Source: Polyangiales bacterium | GTDB lineage: Bacteria; Myxococcota_A; Polyangia; Polyangiales; Polyangiaceae | Direction: 5' to 3' | DNA: 64,000 nucleotides | Assembly (NCBI GenBank): GCA_038231275.1 | Contig: JBBRLQ010000016.1 | Span: 146,749 to 210,748, forward strand | In this document: positions 50,440 through 59,800 of the stretch, piece after piece | Position numbering within the stretch: position 1 is the stretch's first letter | Layout: each line of letters opens with the position of its first letter | Program-made: the position numbers and the translations under genes | The notes under the pieces: model-generated | Seen by the model: the letters and a program-made list of their open reading frames with translations, nothing else | Told to the model about the DNA's origin: nothing | Databases searched by the model: none

Positions 50440-50669
50440 TTCATCTCCATGTGCTGATGATCGTGCGCGGACGCCGCGGGCGGCGGCGCGCTGCTCGCCG
50501 GGGTCGTCGCGCTGAGCGAGCCCGCGGGCACGAAGGAAACCTCGGACGCGTTCGGGTTGGCGGGATGATCGGGGGCCCGTGCCGGCTCGATGGGGTCGCC
50601 CACGCAGGCGAGCGCCGCGAGCGATACGGGAAGCACGACGATCGAAAGCACGCGGAGAGAGAAACGCAC
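50436..50669 (-). CDS. small lipoprotein with His/Met tail
   Basis: Lipobox ALAC; DHPANP.A motif; C-terminal HDHQHMEMK; ATGA overlap with tolC. Confidence 0.7.
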   Translation of the reverse strand: MRFSLRVLSIVVLPVSLAALACVGDPIEPARAPDHPANPNASEVSFVPAGSLSATTPASSAPPPAASAHDHQHMEMK

Positions 50670-50681
50670 GGTCGGCGTTCT

Positions 50682-50697
50682 AGCACTGGCGTGCCCG
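50682..50697 (-). promoter_or_regulatory. sigma54-like promoter (tolC-MCO operon)
   Basis: CGGGCACGCCAGTGCT, 14 nt before the GTG. Confidence 0.4.
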
Positions 50698-50768
50698 ACG
50701 AGGAATCGGGAGCGCACGAGCGCGCTGCCTGGACGCAGGAAGAGGAGCGTGATCTACTTTCTCGATTC

Positions 50769-52166
50769 ATGAAGGTCACCCTCCTCGGTCACGCGTCGGT
50801 TCTCGTCGAGCTCGACGGCGCCCGTTGCTTGATGGACCCGGTATTCCTGGACCCCTTCGAGGACACCGCCGTCGTGTCGTGCCCGCGACGCGAAGTGCAC
50901 GTGGACAAGCTCCCGCCGATCGACGTCTTGATCATCTCGCACGCGCACTTGGATCACTTCGACGTCCCGTCGCTCGCGCGCGTCTCTCGCGACGCTCAGG
51001 TTCTCTGTCCGAAGGATCCTCTGATCACGTACGCGCTCCAGCAGCTCGGCTTCAAGAGAGTCAACGCCGCGGAGCCGCTCACGCAAATCAAGGCCGGCAA
51101 GTACGAGTTGCTCACGACTCTCTCGAGCGTCTCCAACATCGTCGAGTTCGGCGTGGTCTTCAAGGATCGCAGCGGCACGTTCTGGAATCAGGTCGACACC
51201 ATCGTCGCCCCGGAGACGGCCGCATCGACGCTCGCGCGTGTCGGCAAGATCGATCTGCTCTTCGCGATGTACGCGAGCCAGAATTTCGGATTTTTCGAGA
51301 GTCGCCCCCTCGCGTTCCCGTACGAGACGCACGAGATGAACCTGCGGAACGTCATGGCCATCCGGCCGAGGATGGTCGCGCCGGGCTCGGCGGGCTTCCG
51401 CTTCGCCGGCCCCGGAATGGATTGGTGCAACTCGCTCCTATTTCCGATGGCGCGCGAGCGTTTTCTGGCCGACCTCGCGAAGGTTGCTCCCGACGTCCAG
51501 GCGCGGATCGCCAATCCTGGGGACGTCTTCGAGATCTCTCCGGACGCGGTCGCCCACACCGCATCGTCGTCGCCGCTCGCGACGATGCTCGAGGACGATA
51601 CCGCGCGCTTGCGCTTCGACTCCACTGGAGAGGTGCCGGCGCTGCGCGATCCCAACCCCGACGGCTATCCGCCGGAGCGCCTCACGAACGCTGTGGACGA
51701 GTGCATGGCGGGGTTCCTACGCTTCATCCGGCAAGCGTACGACGCCGGCGATCCGGTGGTCGCGGAGTACCGGCAATGCGGCGCGACGTACGCGGCCGCC
51801 GTCGTCTTCCCTGACGGGGAGGAGCGCTGGTACCGCGTCGACTTTGGCGGGGCCCAGCCGCGCGTCGTCATCGGGACCAGCGCGGACGCGCCCGCCGTAC
51901 CGCCTGACGCGATGCACCGCATCGTGGCGTCAGCGCTCGCCGCGCGCGCGGCGCACGAGAAGAGCTATTTCTACCTGCGCGCCTTCTCACGCAAGGCCTG
52001 CAACGTCTACGTGCTCACCGACAAGGATGGCAAGGCGTCGGTCGTACCGAAGGAGCTGCGCGACCTCCTGGCCTACTACTTGGAGCGCAAGGCTCCCGGC
52101 GCCGAGTTCGCCGTCAAGACCTGGATGGACCGGCAGCTGGCGCCGTACCTCGCGAAGCGGGTCTGA
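50769..52166 (+). CDS. MBL-fold metallo-hydrolase (UlaG-like)
   Basis: LGHAS, LMDP and ISHAHLDH motifs. Confidence 0.85.
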   Translation: MKVTLLGHASVLVELDGARCLMDPVFLDPFEDTAVVSCPRREVHVDKLPPIDVLIISHAHLDHFDVPSLARVSRDAQVLCPKDPLITYALQQLGFKRVNAAEPLTQIKAGKYELLTTLSSVSNIVEFGVVFKDRSGTFWNQVDTIVAPETAASTLARVGKIDLLFAMYASQNFGFFESRPLAFPYETHEMNLRNVMAIRPRMVAPGSAGFRFAGPGMDWCNSLLFPMARERFLADLAKVAPDVQARIANPGDVFEISPDAVAHTASSSPLATMLEDDTARLRFDSTGEVPALRDPNPDGYPPERLTNAVDECMAGFLRFIRQAYDAGDPVVAEYRQCGATYAAAVVFPDGEERWYRVDFGGAQPRVVIGTSADAPAVPPDAMHRIVASALAARAAHEKSYFYLRAFSRKACNVYVLTDKDGKASVVPKELRDLLAYYLERKAPGAEFAVKTWMDRQLAPYLAKRV

Positions 52167-52176
52167 CCGTAGACGG

Positions 52177-52374
52177 TCAACGATGGCCGGCGTCGGGCGC
52201 GTCGATGGCGCCGCACGAGCCTCCCTCGTGACCGCCGCACGCGTGCTTGTCGGCGGCGATGGTGGCGGGGCTCGGCGCGTCCGTGCGCGCCGCCTTAGAA
52301 TCACCCGCCGCGCCGGCGCACCCGGCGACGATTCCAAGGATCGCCGAAATCGCGAGGCTCGTTCCAATGGTCAT
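52177..52374 (-). CDS. 65-aa lipopeptide with HACGGHEGGSCG motif
   Basis: SD GAGGAGG; lipobox VAGC; sigma54 box TGGCACGCGCCGCGCA at 52389-52404. Confidence 0.7.
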   Translation of the reverse strand: MTIGTSLAISAILGIVAGCAGAAGDSKAARTDAPSPATIAADKHACGGHEGGSCGAIDAPDAGHR

Positions 52375-52569
52375 GTGCCTCCTCACCTTGCGCGGCGCGT
52401 GCCAGCGTCTGCGGTGTGTAGGGGTCCGCGCGGGGGCCGCGGAAAAGCGCCCGCCCCAGTGACGACAGGCTGGGGCGAACGGGCCCGCGCGCGCCCATCT
52501 GCGGGGCGGCGGCGACGTCGCCGTGTCACCGCTCATGCTCGACCTGCCATCTTGCCCGGATTTCTTGGG

Positions 52570-52585
52570 TGGCACGCAGCATGAA
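52570..52585 (+). promoter_or_regulatory. variant sigma54-like element (cassette copy 2)
   Basis: TGGCACGCAGCATGAA. Confidence 0.5.
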
Positions 52586-52609
52586 GTAGACGAGTCGCAG
52601 AGGCTCACA

Positions 52610-53062
52610 GTGAACAAGCTCCTCTCGATCTCGCTCGCGGCGCTGCCCCTTGCGGGATGCGCGAGCGAATCTCACCCCGAGTATCACCCGGTGTCGTCGT
52701 ACTCGGTCTCCCAGAACCTGTCGTACCCCGTCACCGTCTTCGAAACGACGGGCCACATGGCCGGGTCCGAGGCTCCGCCGATCCCGCCGGCGGCGCGAGC
52801 CGGCGTGGATCCGTCGCGCGTCCTCATCCTTCAGTCAACCCACCTGGACCGCCCATCGCAGGTCGTTGGGGTCGTCGACGCGCACGAGGAGATGGGCAAG
52901 CACGACGGCGCTCTTCGCACGCTGCAACTCAAGGCCTCACAGCTCGGCGCCGACGCGGTCGTCGGCGTCGAGTTCCACCACGGCGAAGCTCAGGGCGAGC
53001 CAACACACCTGTCGGGCCTCGCCGTGCGCTTCCTGCCCGCCGTTCCCTATCCCGTCGATTGA
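52610..53062 (+). CDS. lipoprotein with one YbjQ-like domain (copy A2)
   Basis: Highly similar to 30465-30917. Confidence 0.8.
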   Translation: MNKLLSISLAALPLAGCASESHPEYHPVSSYSVSQNLSYPVTVFETTGHMAGSEAPPIPPAARAGVDPSRVLILQSTHLDRPSQVVGVVDAHEEMGKHDGALRTLQLKASQLGADAVVGVEFHHGEAQGEPTHLSGLAVRFLPAVPYPVD

Positions 53063-53080
53063 GAAGCAAAGGAGACTGCC

Positions 53081-53686
53081 ATGCGACGAGTTCTGATTTC
53101 ACTGCTCGCGTGCTCGATGGTCGTCATGGGGTGCGAGCGCCAGACGCGCCCCGCGATGACGGGGGGTGACGAGCACGGGGCCGAGGCGGCTGGCGCCGAT
53201 CACGACGAGGACGCCATCCCCGACGATCCGGTCACCGTCGCGCGGGCCGAGCACGTGAAGGTCATGCAGACCGGCGACATCGGCTGCCCGGTCGAAGCTC
53301 TCGGCCCGGTGGACGTGCACAAGAAGATGGGGAGCACGCAGCAATCGTTGGAAGCCCTCAAGCGGCGCGCGGCCAAGCTCGGGGCCGACGCCATCATCAA
53401 CGTCGAGTTCGAGCACGGCGAGGGCGGCAAGGAGCCGACGCACCTCGCGGGGATGGCGGTGCGGTGCAACGATCTTCTGAAGGGGCGCGCGTACGACGTG
53501 ATCAGCAAGCTCGAAGTGAAAGGCGACATGGGCGGCGAAGAGCACGCCTTCGCCGCGCTCCTCGCGAAGGCGCGCGACGTCCATGCGGACCTGCTCGTCG
53601 AGGTCCAGTTCGAGCACGGCGAAGGCGGCGAGGGTCAGGGCACGAGCCTGAGCGCGAAGGCCATTCGGTTTCGCGGCTCGCGCTGA
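53081..53686 (+). CDS. lipoprotein with two YbjQ-like domains (copy B2)
   Basis: Highly similar to 29841-30443; same SD context AAGGAGACTGCCATG. Confidence 0.8.
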   Translation: MRRVLISLLACSMVVMGCERQTRPAMTGGDEHGAEAAGADHDEDAIPDDPVTVARAEHVKVMQTGDIGCPVEALGPVDVHKKMGSTQQSLEALKRRAAKLGADAIINVEFEHGEGGKEPTHLAGMAVRCNDLLKGRAYDVISKLEVKGDMGGEEHAFAALLAKARDVHADLLVEVQFEHGEGGEGQGTSLSAKAIRFRGSR

Positions 53687-53875
53687 GGCGCCTCACGCCC
53701 GCGCGGCTTGTCGGCGCGCGCGGAGCCATCGGGCCAGGCGAAGCGCCCAGAGCACGATTCCGCTCACCACGGTGAGCACCGCGAGCCCCGCCGCGCGATG
53801 CGCAGCGACGCAGAGGATTCGCGCCCGTGCGCTCGAGCGAGGCTACAGCTTCACGCGCCGCAGCCCGTCGCGCGA

Positions 53876-53911
53876 AGCTCGGTCTCGGTCATCGGAAATG
53901 CGTGGCGCTCA
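53876..53911 (+). pseudogene. scar of a P1B-ATPase 3' end
   Basis: Encodes SSVSVIGNA; 17 nt identical to copA 63386-63402, followed by synonymous differences. Confidence 0.6.
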
Positions 53912-55198
53912 GTCCGCCACCTCGCGTCGCAGCTTCGCCCATGCAAGACCGAGCCGTCGCCGCGCCGCGAGCTCCTGCATGCGGATCTCGAGGAGATCGC
54001 GCGTCGGGTCGAGGACGGCGAGCATCGAGCCTTGGCCCGCTGCGAAGCTGCCGGTTGCGCTCGCTACGACTTGCCGCGCGCGCGGCAGGATGTCCTGACG
54101 AAGGGCCAGAAGTCGAATCCGCTCGGCGAGAACGCTCTCGCGAGCGACGGCGAGGTTCCCGACGATCATGCGCTCGAGCGCCGAGATCTCGGCGCTCGAC
54201 GCGGCGACCATCGCTTGCGCTTGCGAGACGCCGGCGCCCAGACGCTCTCGCCATATGGGCACGCTGATGCCGACCATCACCATGACCCCAGGCCCGTCGC
54301 TGGTCATGTACGAGGGCCCGGCGCGAAGCAGCGCCATGGGCCCGTACATCGAGTTCATCGTATCGACGTCGGCGAGCGCGCGACGACGCTCCGCGCGGGC
54401 ACCGCCGAGCTCGGGTCGGTTCGCGATCGCCTTTCCGACGAGGGCATCCAGGGCCGGCGGATCGTTCAGCTCGTCGTTCCACGCTAGGGCCGGAATGGGC
54501 GCGGTCACGTCGCGCGCGAGCACCGCATCGAGCATGGCCTCGGCGCCACGGATATCCGCGTCGACGGCGCGACGCTCGGACCGGAAGCGCGCCGCCTCGT
54601 TATCGAGGCGCAAGATGTCGGCTTGCATGCCTTGGCCCGCGGCGTAGTGAGCGCGGGCAAGGACGAGGAGCTGTTCGGTGATTGCGATCTGCTCGTCGAG
54701 GATGAGCGGCATCTCGCGGCGCTCCGCCAGCATGTAGAACGCCTGAAGCGCCTCGAGCTCGACGTCCAGGGCCACCCGGCGTGTGTCGGCGCCCAAACGA
54801 TCGGCGTCCGCTTCGGCGGCGCGCTGCCGGTTGCCGCGCACGCGCGACATCGGAATTTCCTGCTGCAGCGTCAGGCTCCCGCTGATGCTGTGCGCGTCGA
54901 AGGGGAAATGGTTGACCTGCGTAATCACCATCGGGTCGGGCAGCGCGGCGACGATCTTGGGACGCTCGGCAGCCGCCGCAGCTCGAGCCCGCGCCGCTGC
55001 CACCTCGGAGCGTCGCTCGCGCGCGAGCCGCACGACGGTTGGCGCGTCGAGGAGAGCGGGAAGAGGCGCCGCCTCCTCGGCCTGTGCGGCCGCCGCCAGG
55101 AGCGTCCACGCGCAGACGAGCACGGTGGTCACGAACCGCGCTGCGGGCGCACCGCGCGCCCGGTTCCGTCGTCTGCATGTTGATCCGCCGCTCGGCAC
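53909..55198 (-). CDS. TolC/CusC-like outer-membrane efflux protein
   Basis: ALPDPMV, NRPEL, ISVPIWR motifs; GTG start 14 nt after sigma54-like GGGTCCAATCCTTGCT (55211-55226). Confidence 0.8.
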   Translation of the reverse strand: MPSGGSTCRRRNRARGAPAARFVTTVLVCAWTLLAAAAQAEEAAPLPALLDAPTVVRLARERRSEVAAARARAAAAAERPKIVAALPDPMVITQVNHFPFDAHSISGSLTLQQEIPMSRVRGNRQRAAEADADRLGADTRRVALDVELEALQAFYMLAERREMPLILDEQIAITEQLLVLARAHYAAGQGMQADILRLDNEAARFRSERRAVDADIRGAEAMLDAVLARDVTAPIPALAWNDELNDPPALDALVGKAIANRPELGGARAERRRALADVDTMNSMYGPMALLRAGPSYMTSDGPGVMVMVGISVPIWRERLGAGVSQAQAMVAASSAEISALERMIVGNLAVARESVLAERIRLLALRQDILPRARQVVASATGSFAAGQGSMLAVLDPTRDLLEIRMQELAARRRLGLAWAKLRREVAD

Positions 55199-55344
55199 GG
55201 CATCTTCGAGAGCAAGGATTGGACCCCGATCCGCGCACGCGCGTTGGATGCTGCGCGAGGGATCCGCATGCACATCCTGCGTGGTCGCGCAAAGACAGCG
55301 TGAAGATCGGGCCCCCTCCAGTCTCATGCCGACGTTCGAGCGTA

Positions 55345-55360
55345 TGGCTCGAGTGATGCA
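55345..55360 (+). promoter_or_regulatory. sigma54 promoter (cusBA)
   Basis: TGGCTCGAGTGATGCA. Confidence 0.5.
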
Positions 55361-55373
55361 CTTGCGGGACTCG

Positions 55374-56846
55374 ATGACCGAGCTCGCGAGGAACCCCACG
55401 CAGCAAGAGGAGCCCGACACCGCGACGGTGCTTTCGGTGCGGCCGCGGCACTCGATGCGATGGGTGGCGCTCGTGCTGACGGCGGCCTTGGCGGGAAGCG
55501 CGGGAACCGCACTGGGAGTTCGCATCGGCAAAGTCAGTAGCGCCGCCCCCACCCCTGCGCCCATGAGCGCCGAAAACGGGGTCCCCCCGCCGCCCGCGGG
55601 CGCTGGGAGCAAAGCGGTCTACATCTCGGTAACGCGACAGCAGCTCGTTGGAGTACGCACCGGAACCATCGAGCGACAGCACGTGGAAGGCGTCGTGCGA
55701 ACGGTCGGCATGCTCGCCTACGACGAAGCTCACGTCGCCCAGATCCACGTTCGGGTTGCGGGTTGGGTCGAGCAGCTGTTCGTCGACTACGTGGGCAAGC
55801 CCGTCCGGCGAGGCCAACCGCTCTTCTCCATCTACAGCCCGGATCTCGTCACCGCGCAGAGTGACTACCTCCTCGCCCTGCGCTCACGGCAGCAGGCCGC
55901 TTCAGGCCCGATCCCCGAGGCGAGGGCGGGCGCGGACAGGCTCCTCGAGGCGTCGCGCGACCGTCTGAAGCGCTGGGAGGTCTCCGACGCCGAGATCGCC
56001 AACCTCGAGAAGACCGGCCACGCGAGCAAGACGCTGACGCTCTCGTCTCCGTTCGACGGCGTCGTGCTCGAGAAAATGGCCTTCGCGGGCCAATACGTCA
56101 CTCCGGAAATGACCACGTTCAAACTGGCGGACCTCTCGTCGGTTTGGGTCATCGGACAGGTCTTCGAATACGAGGCGGCGCGCATCCACCCCGGCGACGA
56201 GATCGACGTCGAGTTCCCCTACGCGCAGGCGGCCACGCTGAAGGCGAAGGTCGACTTCATCTACCCCGAGGTCGACCCCCAGACCCGACGGGTCCGTTTT
56301 CGCGCAACGCTCAAGAACGCCGACCGGAAGTTGAAGCCGGACACGTACGTCACGCTGGTCTGGCACGGTGAGGCGGTCGACCAGCTCGCCTTGCCGAAGG
56401 AGGCGCTCATCGACACGGGCGACAGGAAATACGCCCTCCTCGCTCTGGCAGACGGATACTTCGAGCCTCGCGACGTGCAGGTTGGTCCTGCGGCCGGCGA
56501 CTTCTACCCGGTCGTCGCCGGCGTAGCGGAGGGAGACCGCGTGGTCACGTCAGCGCAGTTCCTCGTCGACTCCGAGACGAATCTCATGGCTGCGATGCAG
56601 AGCATGTCGGCGAGCATGCCGGGAATGGATATGGGCAACGGGAAACCGGCACCTGCCGCGGCGATCGCACCTTCCTCGCCCTCGCCAAGCAGCCACGCCT
56701 CCCCACCGCCGTCCCACTCCGTGCATTCTCGGCCCCCGGCGCCGTCGCCGTCCCCGTCGCCAGTGACGCCGCCATCTCCAGCAACGCCGCCATCGCCGCC
56801 GCCCATGCCGCCGATGCCGGGGATGCCGGGGATGCCGGGGATGTGA
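55374..56846 (+). CDS. cusB: Cu/Ag RND periplasmic adaptor
   Basis: GWVEQL.V..G.PV..GQPL..IYSPDL..AQ, ADLS.VWV, QFLVDSE; Met/His/Pro-rich tail. Confidence 0.88.
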   Translation: MTELARNPTQQEEPDTATVLSVRPRHSMRWVALVLTAALAGSAGTALGVRIGKVSSAAPTPAPMSAENGVPPPPAGAGSKAVYISVTRQQLVGVRTGTIERQHVEGVVRTVGMLAYDEAHVAQIHVRVAGWVEQLFVDYVGKPVRRGQPLFSIYSPDLVTAQSDYLLALRSRQQAASGPIPEARAGADRLLEASRDRLKRWEVSDAEIANLEKTGHASKTLTLSSPFDGVVLEKMAFAGQYVTPEMTTFKLADLSSVWVIGQVFEYEAARIHPGDEIDVEFPYAQAATLKAKVDFIYPEVDPQTRRVRFRATLKNADRKLKPDTYVTLVWHGEAVDQLALPKEALIDTGDRKYALLALADGYFEPRDVQVGPAAGDFYPVVAGVAEGDRVVTSAQFLVDSETNLMAAMQSMSASMPGMDMGNGKPAPAAAIAPSSPSPSSHASPPPSHSVHSRPPAPSPSPSPVTPPSPATPPSPPPMPPMPGMPGMPGM

Positions 56847-59800
56847 TGATCGAGCGCCTCATCGGGTGGAGCGGGCGCAACGCGTTCCTGGTCGTGCTCT
56901 TCATGGTCGCAATCGTGGGCGGCGGCTTCTGGGCCATCCGCAAGACGCCCATCGACGCCATCCCGGATCTCTCGGACGTCCAAGTCATCATCATGACGGA
57001 TTGGGAAGGGCGCAGCCCTCCGCTCGTCGAAGATCAAGTCACCTACCCGATCGTCACCGCGCTCATGTCGGCGCCGGGCGTCAAGGTCGTGCGCGGCTTC
57101 TCGTACTTCGACGTCTCCTTCGTTTACGTCATCTTCGAAGACGGCACCGATCTCTATTGGGCGCGCTCCCGCGTCCTCGAGTACCTGAGCGGTCTGCAGG
57201 GCCGCCTCCCCGAGGGTGTCCGTCCCCAGCTCGGACCGGACGCGACCGGCGTCGGCTGGGGATTCCAGTACGCGCTCGTCGACAAGACGGGGAAGCACGA
57301 CCTCGCGCAGCTCCGCTCGCTCAACGACTGGCACGTGCAGTACCTCCTCCGCAGCGTCCCCGGCGTCGCCGAGGTCGCGCCGTACGGTGGCTTCGTCAAG
57401 CAGTACCAAATCGAGATCGACCCAAACGCGCTGGCCGCGTACGGGATCCCGATCGACACCGTCGCGTCGGCCGTCCGCAAGAGCAACAACGACGTCGGCG
57501 GCCGGGTCGTCGAGTGGACTGGACGCGAGTACATGGTCCGCGGCCGCGGCTACATCGAGAATGTCGCCGACCTCGAGCAAGTGGCGCTTGGCGCGCGACC
57601 GGACGGGACGCCAATTCTCGTCCGCGACGTGGCGCGCGTGCACTTAGGGCCCGAGATCCGCCGCGGCGTCGCAGACCTCAACGGCGAGGGGGACGTGGCG
57701 GCCGGCATCGTGGTGATCCGGCAAGGCGTGGATACGTACAGCGTCCTGCAAAGCATCAAGAAGGAGATCAAGGAGAAGATCCAGCCGTCGCTCCCGCCAG
57801 GGGTCGAGCTCGTCACCACCTACGACCGCTCGGGGCTCATCGAGCGGTCCATCGAGACCTTGAAGGAGAAGCTCGTCGAGGAGGTGCTCATCGTCTCGTT
57901 CGTCTGCATCGTCTTTCTCTGGCACTTGCGGAGCGCGCTCGTCGCCATCCTGACACTGCCGCTGTCGATCCTCCTCGCCTTCGTCGCGATGCACGCGCTC
58001 GGTCTCGGCTCGAACATCATGAGCCTCGGCGGCATCGCCATCGCCATCGGCGCCATGATCGACGCCTCGATCATCATGATCGAGAACGCACACCAGAACA
58101 TCGAGCACGACACGACGGGACGGCCGCGGCGAGACCTCGTGATCGAGGCCGCACAGCAGGTCGGGCGGCCGCTCTTCTTCTCGCTCCTCATCATCGCCGT
58201 GTCTTTTCTGCCTATCTTCTCGCTCGAAGGGCAAGAGGGGCGCCTCTTCCGACCGCTCGCCTTCACGAAGACGTTCGCGATGGGCTTCGCGGCGCTAACC
58301 TCGGTCCTCATCGTCCCGTTCCTCATGGTGGCCTTCATTCGTGGGAAAATCCCGAAGGAGGAGAGGAACCCGATCAACCGCTTCCTCATGTGGGCGTATC
58401 ACCCGTTCGTGCGCTTCGTGCTTCGGCATCGCGCGCTGACGCTCATCGCGGCCGCGGCGCTGATGGTCGGCACCGTGCCCGTCTTCATGAAGCTCGGATC
58501 CGAGTTCATGCCGCCCCTGTACGAGGGGACGGTGCTCTACATGCCGATCACGCTGCCGGGGGCGTCGATCGAGACGGCGCGGCAAGCTCTCCAAACGCTC
58601 GACAAGCTGGTCAAGCAGGTCCCCGAGGTCGCCTCTGTCTCGGGCAAGGCGGGACGCGCGCTCACCGCCACCGATCCCGCACCGCCGGAGATGTTCGAAG
58701 TGGTCATCAACCTGAAGCCCGAGTCGCAGTGGCGACCGGGGATGACCATCGAGAAGCTCCAAACCGAGCTCGATCGCGTGGTGCGCATGCCGGGCATCGC
58801 GAACGCTTGGACCATGCCCATCAAGGGACGCGTCGACATGCTCTCCACGGGCATCCGCACAGCCGTCGGCATCAAGGTCTTCGGTCCCGACTTGGGACAC
58901 ATCAACGACATCGGCGCGCAGATCGAGGCGGCGCTCGGGGCGGTCCCAGGCAGTCGAAACGTCTTCGCGGAGCGCGTGACGGGGGGGTATTACCTGGACT
59001 TCAAGGTTAAGCGCGACCAGATCGCCCGCTACGCGCTCAACGTCGCGGACGTCGAGATGGCGATCGAATCGGCCATCGGCGGCGCGAACGTGACCACAAC
59101 GTTCGAAGGGCGGGAGCGGTACCCTGTCAACGTTCGGTACCAGCGCGTCTACCGCACGGACATCGAGGCCATCCGCCGCACGTTGATCTCCACGCCGGGC
59201 GGCGCGCAGATTCCGATCGAACAGGTCGCGGACATCGCCGCGACGACCGGACCCACCGTTTTGCGAACAGAGCAGGCGCAGCTTCTCGGCTACGTCTACG
59301 TCGACGTCGGGGACCGCGACCTCGGCGGCTATGTGAAGGACGCCAAGGCCGCGGTCGCCAAGGGCGTGAAGCTCCCGCCGGGGTACACCCTCGAGTGGAG
59401 CGGCCAGTACGAGTACATGCAGCGGGCGACCGAGCGGCTAAAGATCGTGATCCCGGTCACACTCGCGCTCGTCGTCGTCCTGCTTTTCCTGAGCACGCGC
59501 AACGCGATGAAGGTCGGCATCGTGCTCCTCGCCGTGCCGTTCTCGCTCGTGGGGGCGTTTTGGCTCCTCTGGATCCTCCACTACAACATGAGCGTCGCCG
59601 TGTGGGTCGGCATCATCGCCCTCGCCGGCGTCGACGCAGAGACCGGCGTCGTGATGCTTCTCTACCTGGACCAAGCATACGAGCGCTTCAAGGCCGAGGG
59701 TCGCATGCGGAGCCTCGTCGACCTGCGAGCCGCCGTCGAAGAGGGGGCCGTGAAGCGCATCCGCCCGAAGATGATGACGGTGATGGCGATCTTGACCGGG

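Noticed and set aside
55132..55178. Frameshift at the 5' end of the CusC-like gene (out-of-frame ATG at 55178)
   Set aside because: An in-frame GTG at 55198 gives a normal signal peptide.
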